Shown: piece after piece, positions 55,197 through 64,000 of the stretch
Numbering within the stretch: the stretch's first letter is position 1
Layout: each line of letters starts with the position of its first letter
NCBI GenBank assembly: GCA_000165345.1
Contig: CM000430.1
Coordinates: 640,001 to 704,000, forward strand
Direction: 5' to 3'
Length of the DNA: 64,000 nucleotides
The notes under the pieces: generated by a model
Told to the model about the DNA's origin: nothing
The model's database searches: none
The model's input: only the letters and a program-made list of their open reading frames with translations
Made by a program: the position numbers and the translations under genes

Positions 55197-57980
55197 TCAA
55201 AGCTCAGACTGATCTCTGTTTTGCTCAGAGCTTGGAACACTGGAACTGTTTGAAGAGGCTTCTGAGGATTCAGAGCTCATACTGGAGTTATTATCCATAG
55301 GAGGAATGAATTCGGAATCTATTGTGTCGTTATTTGATGGAGTTGTGAAATTGAACTGACTGGAAGTAGAGTTACTGCTAGATTGGGTTTCGTTGTCTTG
55401 CTTTTTTGGCTTTGACTTAATCTTAGGTCTAGGCTTAGGAATATTTCTAACTCTCTGAACATTAGAAACCACTTTATCTAACTTTTTGAGAGTCTCAAAT
55501 CTAAGCAAAACTGGAGAGTCTGTTGGCTTTAATTCTGATTGCTTTGATTTAGTGTCATTATACCAAGCTTGGAACTCATCCAACATACTCTTCACCTCAG
55601 CAAAGGTCGAATTCTGGACCCATGTATGAGTAAATTGTATTGCTTCAAATGTCTGAATTGTGTAGTTTAACTTCTTGTCAACATTTGTAATAAGCTCACT
55701 TCTGTACTTAAACTCTTCCGCCTTAAGATGAACTATGTCTGTTTTGTTTGAAACCTTCTTAATCTTCTCTTCTACAAGCTCCAAAGTTATTTCATCTCCA
55801 ATCTCATATAGCCAATCCTCAGTTTCTGAGAGAAGCTTTGTGATTTCTTCCCTTTCTTCCTCCAAAGTTACCTTCTGATAAATATCATCATACAACTTGT
55901 TTCTATTATCATAAATAAGTGCTTCCAATGAGTTCTTTGAGTACATTAATTGCCTGTGTTTAGCATCTAACTTGTTTAACTCATTAATATGGTGGCTAAT
56001 TGATTGCTTAATCTCCTTCGTGAGAGGAAGAGGGCAGTCAAGAGGCTCCTCCAAAAACTTAAGCATGAATGGCTGAGATCTTGTTATTACTTTCTCCTCA
56101 TAAATTGTTTTAGTAGAGCTTTTCTTATCACCATTTGAAACAGAACCATTCTGCGTTGAATTTCCTGTACTATTTGAGCTGGAAGCTGAATTCCCCTCTT
56201 CAACCTTTGTAGAGTTCACTGGTACTGTCACTGGAACTCTAATTGTCTGATTTACCATCTTCCATCCATAAGCACTCTCAAGACTCAAAATTCCATAAGT
56301 GTCTACTTTAATTTGAAGAGTAACATTCAATATAGAGTCCTCAAGAGCACCTCCCTCCTGAGCTTTAGAAATAAATTCTGGAATTCCTGAAATGTTGAAT
56401 CTAGAAATTGGTCTTCCGTTCTCGGATAAAGTTGCAATAAAGTCTTTACTTGACTTAAGCTCAATATGATGTGTTCCATGGTAATGTGATGTACTATTAA
56501 TTACTGGAATCTCCTGATCATCAAACCTTAAAGAATAATTATTGGATGAATATTCATTGTAGAATATGTTTCTAGTTCTAAAAGTGGCTGACTGGTTTGC
56601 TGCAACGAAAGCCGCACCAAAGGCCATTGCCTCATCCCCATTCAATCTCTGGCTAACATTCTTCCCAAATGATCCAAAGTATTGATCCAGCAAGGCTCTC
56701 ACACCAGGAACTCTAATACCACCACCCAAAATCTCCACATCAGTAATTTCCTTCATAGTCTTGTTTGCAACTCTTAAACTCTCATTTATTGGTTCCAAGG
56801 CCTTAGACAATATCTTCTCCTGAATTGATCGATCAAACTCCTCTCTGGAAATCGACTGAGAAATATCTACATCTTTATAAAGCGATTCTACGAAGAAATC
56901 TGCCTGCTTCAAAGTTGAAAGCAACAACTTAGTCCTCACACTCTGTTTCGCAATCTTTTGTAACACTCTTGAGTTATCCAATGGAACTCCCGCCAGCGGG
57001 CTTTTTTCTGGAGCTGCTCTGATCCTTTCGATGACTAAGTCAGCAATTGCCTGGTCTGCAAGGTACCCACCTGAGTTATAGTTTGTAGAACAACCTAATA
57101 CATTTATTTTATGAGTTTGAATTGTTCTTCCCATATGTGTGGCGTTTACTGGTTGGAAGTCCACGATACATGAAGAGGTATGTTTGGCTCCCATGTCATA
57201 GTAGAGAAAAGTTGAATTTTCGTTATTTCTCAAATCAGTTGATTGGTGTACTGCAGCTGCTCCAAGAGAGTTCACCAATCCAAATAGATTCAATCCTGCG
57301 ATTTCCGCTGAATCTACTAAGCTCTTTCTTTGTCTTTGGGTGAAAGTCGGAGGAATAGCTATAACAGCTCCGACTGTCTCACTCCCAAAAACCGGTCCAG
57401 GGTTCAAGTTCAATGAAGATCCACCCTTCTTGTTTTGATTATCCTTCATGGAAGAACCTTCAACCATACGTCTTAAGAAGTCCAAATAATGCCCATTAAG
57501 CTCCTCTGGAATCATTCCATGTCCATCAATTCTAACAAAAGTTCCATTTTGGATCTTGTTATGTTCTATAACATATGGAAAGAGATCTTTACGGAGCCCA
57601 TTAGGTAGAGTGGTTTCACTTTTAAGTTCTCCTGTAGTTTTAGTTACATCAATATCATTTCCACACATCCCCAGAAAGCTTGGAATGTGTAACAAAGTAC
57701 GGATTGGATTTCTAACCATACTTCCAAGGGCATCCTCACCAAATAGACGCACTATAGAAGGAGATGAAGTGCTGAATGATACAGCTGTCGCTGTCTTTCG
57801 TTGGCTATGAGAATTCAAAACTATCTCAATTCCTCTTCCTGGACGAATTGATGCTACTTTTGAATTATCATTTCCAATATCAATTCCAATCAATGAACTT
57901 CTAGCTAAGTTTATCAAAAATGAGGTTGAAACTAACCAAAGTAAAAAAGAACTTAAAATTTGTATTGATATAGGTTTCAT
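55197..57980 (-). CDS. Large Hsp70-superfamily chaperone with a signal peptide (927 aa); Grp170/ORP150 (Lhs1)-like ER nucleotide-exchange chaperone.
   Basis: ATG at 57980 verified. The signal peptide is MKPISIQILSSFLLWLVSTSFLINLARS. The Hsp70 NBD motifs are GIDIGNDNSKVA and VIAIPPTFTQRQR. It has an extended C-terminal domain typical of Hsp110/Grp170. It ends ...QSEL. Confidence 0.8.
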   Translation of the reverse strand: MKPISIQILSSFLLWLVSTSFLINLARSSLIGIDIGNDNSKVASIRPGRGIEIVLNSHSQRKTATAVSFSTSSPSIVRLFGEDALGSMVRNPIRTLLHIPSFLGMCGNDIDVTKTTGELKSETTLPNGLRKDLFPYVIEHNKIQNGTFVRIDGHGMIPEELNGHYLDFLRRMVEGSSMKDNQNKKGGSSLNLNPGPVFGSETVGAVIAIPPTFTQRQRKSLVDSAEIAGLNLFGLVNSLGAAAVHQSTDLRNNENSTFLYYDMGAKHTSSCIVDFQPVNATHMGRTIQTHKINVLGCSTNYNSGGYLADQAIADLVIERIRAAPEKSPLAGVPLDNSRVLQKIAKQSVRTKLLLSTLKQADFFVESLYKDVDISQSISREEFDRSIQEKILSKALEPINESLRVANKTMKEITDVEILGGGIRVPGVRALLDQYFGSFGKNVSQRLNGDEAMAFGAAFVAANQSATFRTRNIFYNEYSSNNYSLRFDDQEIPVINSTSHYHGTHHIELKSSKDFIATLSENGRPISRFNISGIPEFISKAQEGGALEDSILNVTLQIKVDTYGILSLESAYGWKMVNQTIRVPVTVPVNSTKVEEGNSASSSNSTGNSTQNGSVSNGDKKSSTKTIYEEKVITRSQPFMLKFLEEPLDCPLPLTKEIKQSISHHINELNKLDAKHRQLMYSKNSLEALIYDNRNKLYDDIYQKVTLEEEREEITKLLSETEDWLYEIGDEITLELVEEKIKKVSNKTDIVHLKAEEFKYRSELITNVDKKLNYTIQTFEAIQFTHTWVQNSTFAEVKSMLDEFQAWYNDTKSKQSELKPTDSPVLLRFETLKKLDKVVSNVQRVRNIPKPRPKIKSKPKKQDNETQSSSNSTSSQFNFTTPSNNDTIDSEFIPPMDNNSSMSSESSEASSNSSSVPSSEQNRDQSEL

Positions 57981-58799
57981 ATTCTAATATATATACTTGA
58001 CTTTTTCTGTATATAAGAATCGAATTGCTTTATTTCTGTTTTATTGCGTTACCAGGCCTTTATTCCTTCTGTACAGGCTCTCTGAATTCGAAATAAAAGC
58101 TTAAAATGTAATTCCAGACTTTGTGAGAACTAAATTTAAACTCCCTGTTTACCAAGTAATCAATTATAGAAAATCTTTCTCAGGAAATCTACTTTTCTAT
58201 CTCTCCTAAACTTAGGAAACTGAGAATAAGGGAATTTCCAAACTCCTCTACTTTCTCCAAAATATGTCTTAAAGTTAAGTTTTAACCTTAATTTTGGCTT
58301 TATAGTGTACCGGGTAGGTTTTGGCTCCCCTCCATATTTTAAAGTGGCCCCCCTCGCGGAAATTCCTAAGGCCATAAAGGATACGACACGTATACACCGG
58401 CATATGCAAAAAAAGATTAAAAGCAAGCAAAAGGCTGAAAACTTGAGTTTCCCCCCGTATTTTAAGGAACAAACAAGGGGGAATTTGTACTAATTTCTAA
58501 CTAAACGATTACTGAAGTAAGAATCTCATCAAAAATTCACGAGAAAACTATATTCCAATCATTAAAGAGTTTAATTAAAGAAAATATAATTGAGCTGGAT
58601 CTACCTTTTTCCACTTGCAACGAATATCAATCGCGAATTGAGGAGTCTCCTTTATATATAGTGAGACTTTAAAGGCAGAATTATTATGGAATTCATGTGG
58701 AAAAGAAGCTGAGTTATACTAATTTAAGCCCATATTATAGTATATATATGATATATTTACATAATATATATCATATATATATGGAAAGGTGGTCAATCT

Positions 58800-61121
58800 A
58801 TGAAAGAAAAGACACCAGGAGAAGCAAAGCGAGGTGATATTGAAACCAAATCACACTCGGGATTGGTTTCCTCGTTCCATGCAGATGCTCCCACTTTCCA
58901 GCCACGAAGTGGCTTCGTGGTAGGGATGGGATCTGGAGCAGGAACAGGAACAGGAACAGGAACAGGAACAGGAACAGGAACAGGAGCAGGAGCAGGAACA
59001 AGTGGAGCTTCAGGCTCAGGAGGGGAGATGGGATCTGGATTAACAGCTTCAGCACAACCTTTTATCCCATCGGCAATTAGACACAATACAAGCAATACAA
59101 TTGATCATGAGCATGGAGGTTTCCAGATCTCCTCTGCTAGCTATTCTAGCTCTCAGCTTGGAGCTCAGCCAGCTAGTGGCTCAAAGCATAACCTAGTTTT
59201 TAGTGGTTCGGGAAGTATTATAGGAGGTGCTAATCAGGATTCAGGAGGGTTTGGAGGGATAGATCTTCTTGGTAATACTTCCGTCTCTGACGGAGCTATA
59301 GGTGTCATTAGTGGTCTCCCCGGATCAGAGTATGAGGGATTATTGCTTGGAGGAACGACGTCTGGACAAAAGTCCAGCTCAAGCTTGCAAGAGGAATCAC
59401 AAACCTCTTTGGGGGGAGGAGGCATTCATGGTATTCAATACGGCTCTGGAGCAAGTTCTGGTTCGGGCAACTCAGGAGTTGGTAGTTTCCAGAGCCATGG
59501 TATGAATGGAATCGATTCCTCAAATTACTATGGTGACTCAGGTAGCCACACGGTGGGACAGAATCAATCCGTAGGAGCCGGATCTGGACCAGGAGCTGTA
59601 TCTGGAGGAATAGGATTGGGTCTGGGAGTAGGGGTTGGTGGGTCAGGCCCCTCTGCAGGGATTACCCAGCACCACCATCCACACCCTAATGTATTGGATC
59701 TTTCGGAATACTGTAGAAGGGTTAGAGGTTGGAATCTGCCATTCTTGAGAACAATCCCACAGATGAATGCTATAACTCAAATAAGACATGAGCTGCAGCT
59801 TCAAAACATTTCCCTTTTATTAACACAAAACGATATTATCTCAGCCAATCAAGGTCATGGCAATAACTCTGGAGAAGGAAGTGGAAATGGAGGTGGAGGA
59901 GCTGGGAATAGTTCTGGAGGAATTGGACAGCATTATGTACCTCCTATTGTACAAAGGGTCTTCTATGGTCTTTGTTTGCTCGATGATTCAAATGTGGCTT
60001 CGACAACTAGATTTTGTGGTTATCAGACCTACGCCTACAAGGCAATTAATGTTGAAGACTACTCTGCCTACTGTTTGAGAAGAATAGACGGCTTTCCTCT
60101 ATCAGAGTTTGAAGCTGTAAGACCTCTTTTAGAGAGATGGCAGAAGCTTGCACAGCATCCATGTATTGTATCATACAGACAGAGCTTTGCATCTTTGGAT
60201 TTTTCACAGGGTTCATTAATAGCAGTATATGATTATATCCCAAATGCTAGTACAATGGAATCAGTTCATTTCAAAGAACCAATCGGAGAGCCTTTATTGT
60301 GGAATTACATTATTCAGATTGTTCTTGCTTTGGTTCATATCCATAGTTCTCAGCTAGCAGCAAGAGTGATTGATCCAACAAAACTGTTAATTTCATATAG
60401 AGGCAGGTTACGTTTGAATTGCGTAGGAATTTTGGACCTAACAAGGGTAGATGAATCTAAAACGATCTTGGACTACCAGAAACAAGATCTGGTTGCTCTT
60501 GGGTACATAATCCTTGCTTTATGTTGTGGATCACTGACAATTATTAATGATTTAAATCATGCAGTTGAACAAATTTTCCTGAAATCATCCTTATACTCGA
60601 ACGATCTAAAAAAGTTAGTACTTATTCTTCTCTCAAAGCCTGCTTTGAACAAGAATAACTTGGATGTTTTCATCCTTGCCAATATGCTAGCAGCAAGAAT
60701 GATCCCTCAAATTGAGCACAGTCTGAAACTTACTGATGCTCTAGAGAACGAATTTAGGAAAGAAATTGACAATGGAAGACTCTTTAGACTTCTCACTAAA
60801 ATTAACACAATTGCGGACAGAACACAACTTAATGCTATTCACAAGTGGAACGAGACTGGGGACAGATATATTTGCAAACTTTTTAGAGAGTACTTATTCC
60901 AGCAAACAGATAGCCAAGGAAGACCCGTAATTGATATGGGGCACATTCTTGACTCTCTTGCCAAAGTCGACGTCGGTACTAGTGAAACCATCACTCTCAT
61001 GTCTAGCGATGGGTCCTCCATCCTGCTTGTCTCCTTTGCTGATATAAAGCATTCAATTGAAAAGTCATTCTGCGAAATCATCGCAGCTACCACCACAAGT
61101 TCTAACTTCCACGACTTATAA
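58800..61121 (+). CDS. PAN3: PAN3-like protein (PAN2-PAN3 deadenylase regulatory subunit): N-terminal Gly/Ser-rich low complexity with PAM2-like motifs, then a C-terminal pseudokinase plus knob domain (773 aa).
   Basis: ATG at 58800 verified; an upstream ATG at 58781 is a short out-of-frame uORF. The C-terminal 430 aa align to PAN3 (YCLRRIDGF..., IAVYDYIPNASTMESVHF..., ...LMSSDGSSILLVSFADIKHSIEKSF). Candidate PAM2 motifs are HADAPTFQP and LTASAQPFIPS. Confidence 0.75.
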   Translation: MKEKTPGEAKRGDIETKSHSGLVSSFHADAPTFQPRSGFVVGMGSGAGTGTGTGTGTGTGTGAGAGTSGASGSGGEMGSGLTASAQPFIPSAIRHNTSNTIDHEHGGFQISSASYSSSQLGAQPASGSKHNLVFSGSGSIIGGANQDSGGFGGIDLLGNTSVSDGAIGVISGLPGSEYEGLLLGGTTSGQKSSSSLQEESQTSLGGGGIHGIQYGSGASSGSGNSGVGSFQSHGMNGIDSSNYYGDSGSHTVGQNQSVGAGSGPGAVSGGIGLGLGVGVGGSGPSAGITQHHHPHPNVLDLSEYCRRVRGWNLPFLRTIPQMNAITQIRHELQLQNISLLLTQNDIISANQGHGNNSGEGSGNGGGGAGNSSGGIGQHYVPPIVQRVFYGLCLLDDSNVASTTRFCGYQTYAYKAINVEDYSAYCLRRIDGFPLSEFEAVRPLLERWQKLAQHPCIVSYRQSFASLDFSQGSLIAVYDYIPNASTMESVHFKEPIGEPLLWNYIIQIVLALVHIHSSQLAARVIDPTKLLISYRGRLRLNCVGILDLTRVDESKTILDYQKQDLVALGYIILALCCGSLTIINDLNHAVEQIFLKSSLYSNDLKKLVLILLSKPALNKNNLDVFILANMLAARMIPQIEHSLKLTDALENEFRKEIDNGRLFRLLTKINTIADRTQLNAIHKWNETGDRYICKLFREYLFQQTDSQGRPVIDMGHILDSLAKVDVGTSETITLMSSDGSSILLVSFADIKHSIEKSFCEIIAATTTSSNFHDL
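58935..59005 (+). repeat. (GGAACA)n hexanucleotide repeat (about 8 units, then GGAGCA variants) encoding a (GT)n/(GA)n tract in the PAN3-like N-terminus.
   Basis: Read directly from the sequence. It also produces spurious antisense poly-PV and poly-LF ORFs. Confidence 0.85.
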
Positions 61122-62262
61122 AACTGTCCATACCTACTTAATCTAGACTTATATAGGAAATTAAGAGAAAGGAAGCATCTTTTCTTGCTAATTAGTAGTT
61201 ATATAAATTTAGTTTTGCATGTTTTGCCCGCTCATTTTTTATATTTTTTTTCTAAGAATTGGCCAAGCTATCCTCTCCCAGAACCTTTAGATTTGAACAA
61301 TTACGCAGGAATATTCCGGGTTTATTTATACTTTAATGATAATTTAATTAAATTATTTAAAAAGAAATTAAAAAAAGAAAGTTCTAGCCCAATGTAATTT
61401 AATTTCAAAAAAAATCAATTCCAAATGCAATCCCCGACTATTTCATGTTCAATCTCCCGCCAAAACCAGAAATCATAATTTTAACCTCTAAGTTTAAAAA
61501 TTAATTTGATCAGTGGGTTCCCGCTCACTTTCCCGCCTTAATTGCATGTCTAAATACGTATAGAAGGAATCTTGGAAATAATTAAATAGGGGAGAGTTGA
61601 ATCTAAATCTAATTAAATAGATGATCGTACTGTGTGTAAAAGTGTGTAAAGAGATTCTAATATAATAAAAAAATACGTGATGAAATAACGGAGTACGTAT
61701 AATTAAGGAAAAAAATAAATAGGTTTGTTAATGCATATATATAATATAATTGGAGTAGGGTATAATTCGATAGAAGAAAAGGAGTAATAATTGTATGTAT
61801 ATGTATACTGTATATAAATAAATAAATATATTATAAATATATATACAAATATATATTGTATATATATATTAAAGAAAAAAGGGACGGAAGAGCTGAGGAA
61901 TGGAGAGATCCGGTTAATAATAAAGTTTGGTATTTGAATAACTAACGTAAATAATTTTGGAGATTAATATTTAGATATATTTATATGCAAAAAATATAAA
62001 TATATTAAAAATACGTGTATAAAAGAGGATAGAAGAGAAAATTTAGAGCCAATTTTTTCTTTTCTCTCCCCCTCTCTTCAAAGCATTACCAAATTGTAAA
62101 GTCGTAATTGAGACTGGGGAAACCAGGTAGAAGTGTAGAGTGGTTCTTTTTGTTTTTTTTTAACCACTCGAGAGAAGGTGAAATAAACTATTACTGACTA
62201 CTATTATTATCATTATTAGAATAGTGAATATACATATACATTATAATATTATATTTTGAATT

Positions 62263-63129
62263 ATGGGAAATCAATTAGTGAAATTGCGAGCAGATAGAGC
62301 ACAAGATGCTCAAGATGTTAGAGAATGGGCGTTTGCAACTTTCCCAGGATTAGAAACCAATTTAGAAGCTATCTTTGCTTATCACTGCACTGATGGAGTT
62401 GGATTATTAGACTACGAGACAATTGAAAAAATTTCAAGACATTTGATTATGAATTTTGGTTATACTGATTTACTCTTGAGATTTACAACCCCAAACGGTA
62501 CACTAGACAACAGACATGTAAGTAATGGATTAGCTATATTAGATGTTGATATTAGAAAGCCAATAACTTTGGATACTTTTAAGAACTTTGTTGTATGTTG
62601 GTTAGATAGGTTAATCGAGGCTCAAGATAAAGATGTGGAAAATTTGAATTCAGCTTTAAATAATGAGCAAGAGAAACAAAAGGCTAGAATTCTTCATGCA
62701 GTAGCCCAATGGAGAGAGAGATTTAAGACTATTGATGATTTCCATGTATTCTGTGACGATGTTAGAGATGCTAAGAAAGTCGAACTTGATGAAGTTGTTG
62801 CCGATGTTTACGATATGCAGGAAAGACTCAACGAGCAGCAACTTAGACTCTTACAAAGACAAAAAGAAGTTGAGGAAGTTTATGCCAATGTACAAGCAGA
62901 AGAGGCTGCTATACAAGAAGCTCTTTCTAATGCTCCAACTGCTACTCAAATCATTTCCGAGGAAATCGCCAAAACCTTCAAGAATAATATTCAAGGAGAT
63001 GTTACTCAAATTGCATATTCATCCGAACTTACTCCATTTGGAGCCCCAGTTTCTGCTGGTGCCTCTACTTCTTTCAAGAGAAATATTCCAAAGGCAAGAA
63101 AATCTACAAAAGTTTTAGGAATGTGCTAG
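62263..63129 (+). CDS. Hypothetical protein (288 aa) beginning MGNQ..., a possible N-myristoylation site.
   Basis: ATG verified. The ORF is clean. Promoter GC motifs (TTTCCCGCC x2) lie at 61440-61550. I recognise no family. Confidence 0.65.
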   Translation: MGNQLVKLRADRAQDAQDVREWAFATFPGLETNLEAIFAYHCTDGVGLLDYETIEKISRHLIMNFGYTDLLLRFTTPNGTLDNRHVSNGLAILDVDIRKPITLDTFKNFVVCWLDRLIEAQDKDVENLNSALNNEQEKQKARILHAVAQWRERFKTIDDFHVFCDDVRDAKKVELDEVVADVYDMQERLNEQQLRLLQRQKEVEEVYANVQAEEAAIQEALSNAPTATQIISEEIAKTFKNNIQGDVTQIAYSSELTPFGAPVSAGASTSFKRNIPKARKSTKVLGMC

Positions 63130-63578
63130 TTGTTTAAATTTCTATCATAGCCAACATTCCACTTTTTACTTTATAATATTTACAATTACAATTTGAAAAG
63201 TTTCACAAAAAGAAAAGATGTAGCTAAAAATTAAGCAAGGCCAGGTTAGAAAAGGATGTAATGTATTTGGAGCAATATTAATAATTACTTATTATTTAAA
63301 GTTATAGTCTTTTTTTTATTTACTAGAATATGATATATAAATAAATAAGCGAGGAAAAACCAAGCTGTTAAAATTAGCTTTAGGTGAAATACTCATTTTA
63401 TTTGTTTTTCTTCTAATAAGGTACACTTTATTGTCGTCAAAAAATTAACATGGAAAGTTAAGCCCAAATAACCGGAGAATGTTTGCGCCAAAAAATGCAT
63501 GCAAGTGCATGCATGCAAAATTGAAATGTGGGAATCAAATTAAAATAATTTCTTTTCCTATATAAAAGCAATAGAAAT

Positions 63579-64000
63579 TTAATTTGTTTGAATGTGACTA
63601 TTTAATTCTCTCTCAATAGTATTCTGTAGTTTGAATATCTCTTTCCTGATATTTTTTATATAAATTGTGATTATTTCTGGAGTAGAAGTAATTTCAGCAT
63701 AACATCTCAATTCTTTGGTAATGCCCTTAGACTCTTGAGAAAGTTTTTGAATACTTTTTTCTACAAGTTTTATTCCTTCTTCCATACTTTTGTTTAAATA
63801 AGAAGTTTGGAGCATTTCTATCTCTTTCTTTGCAAGTTGGAATTCTGTCACAAGATTATTAAACTTTAAGGAAATTTCTTCAGCTTCAGTACACATTCTA
63901 AAGCTTTCGTGGAACTCAGAAACTGTTTCTGATGCATTCTTTAGAAAAGCTGAAATATTTTCTTTTGCTTGTGAAAACTCTACTGTTATGCTTTCGCATT
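63579..64000 (-). CDS. Coiled-coil protein, 5'-partial: the frame is open through the window end, so the real start lies beyond 64000.
   Basis: The minus-strand frame from 63896 stays open to base 64000 (…CESITVEFSQAKENISAFLKNASETVSEFHESFRMCTEAEE…). The track's 105-aa ORF begins at an internal ATG. Confidence 0.55.
   Translation of the reverse strand, partial: CESITVEFSQAKENISAFLKNASETVSEFHESFRMCTEAEEISLKFNNLVTEFQLAKKEIEMLQTSYLNKSMEEGIKLVEKSIQKLSQESKGITKELRCYAEITSTPEIITIYIKNIRKEIFKLQNTIERELNSHIQTN

Noticed and set aside
58793-59095. Minus-strand PV- and LF-repeat ORFs
   Set aside because: They are antisense translation of the (GGAACA)n repeat within the PAN3-like gene.

Overview
This window reads as a gene-dense nuclear segment from a Cryptosporidium-like apicomplexan, not a prokaryotic sequence. 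Evidence for that call: the sequence is AT-rich by eye, genes are mostly intronless and closely packed on both strands, and TGA/TAA/TAG all act as stops. Intergenic regions carry E2F-like GGCGGGAAA / TTTCCCGCC motifs and TGCATGCA motifs, and there are several Thr-rich mucin-like ORFs. I support about 27 protein-coding genes, read from the ORF track plus my own reading. The ORF track writes 'M' at TTG/GTG codons, so I re-derived starts to the first ATG where it mattered. Confidently recognisable products include glucose-6-phosphate isomerase, two tandem phosphoglucomutase/parafusin-like genes, an Aurora kinase, a replication factor C small subunit (3 exons), a TBC Rab-GAP, an ArfGAP, and LSm14/Scd6. 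Others are an ER DnaJ-thioredoxin protein ending in RDEL, a Grp170-like ER Hsp70, a cathepsin C-like protease, PAN3, a TTC27-like TPR protein, and a UFD1-domain protein fused to TRAF-type zinc fingers. Two multi-exon genes (RFC3, and a coiled-coil gene) are not captured by the ORF track; I inferred them from canonical GTAAGT/GTACGT donors and polypyrimidine-AG acceptors. The most unusual loci are: (i) a tandem PGM pair homogenised over about 1.37 kb, the downstream copy carrying a signal peptide plus a roughly 100-aa extension; (ii) a mucin locus at 7.6-12.1 kb containing about 770 bp of poly-Thr-coding trinucleotide repeat with wobble-position variation that is not in any reported ORF; (iii) a novel C-x-C-x2-N-P cysteine repeat; and (iv) TGCATGCA/GC-palindrome motif clusters in convergent 3' intergenic regions. 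I found no rRNA, tRNA, CRISPR array or transposon by eye.
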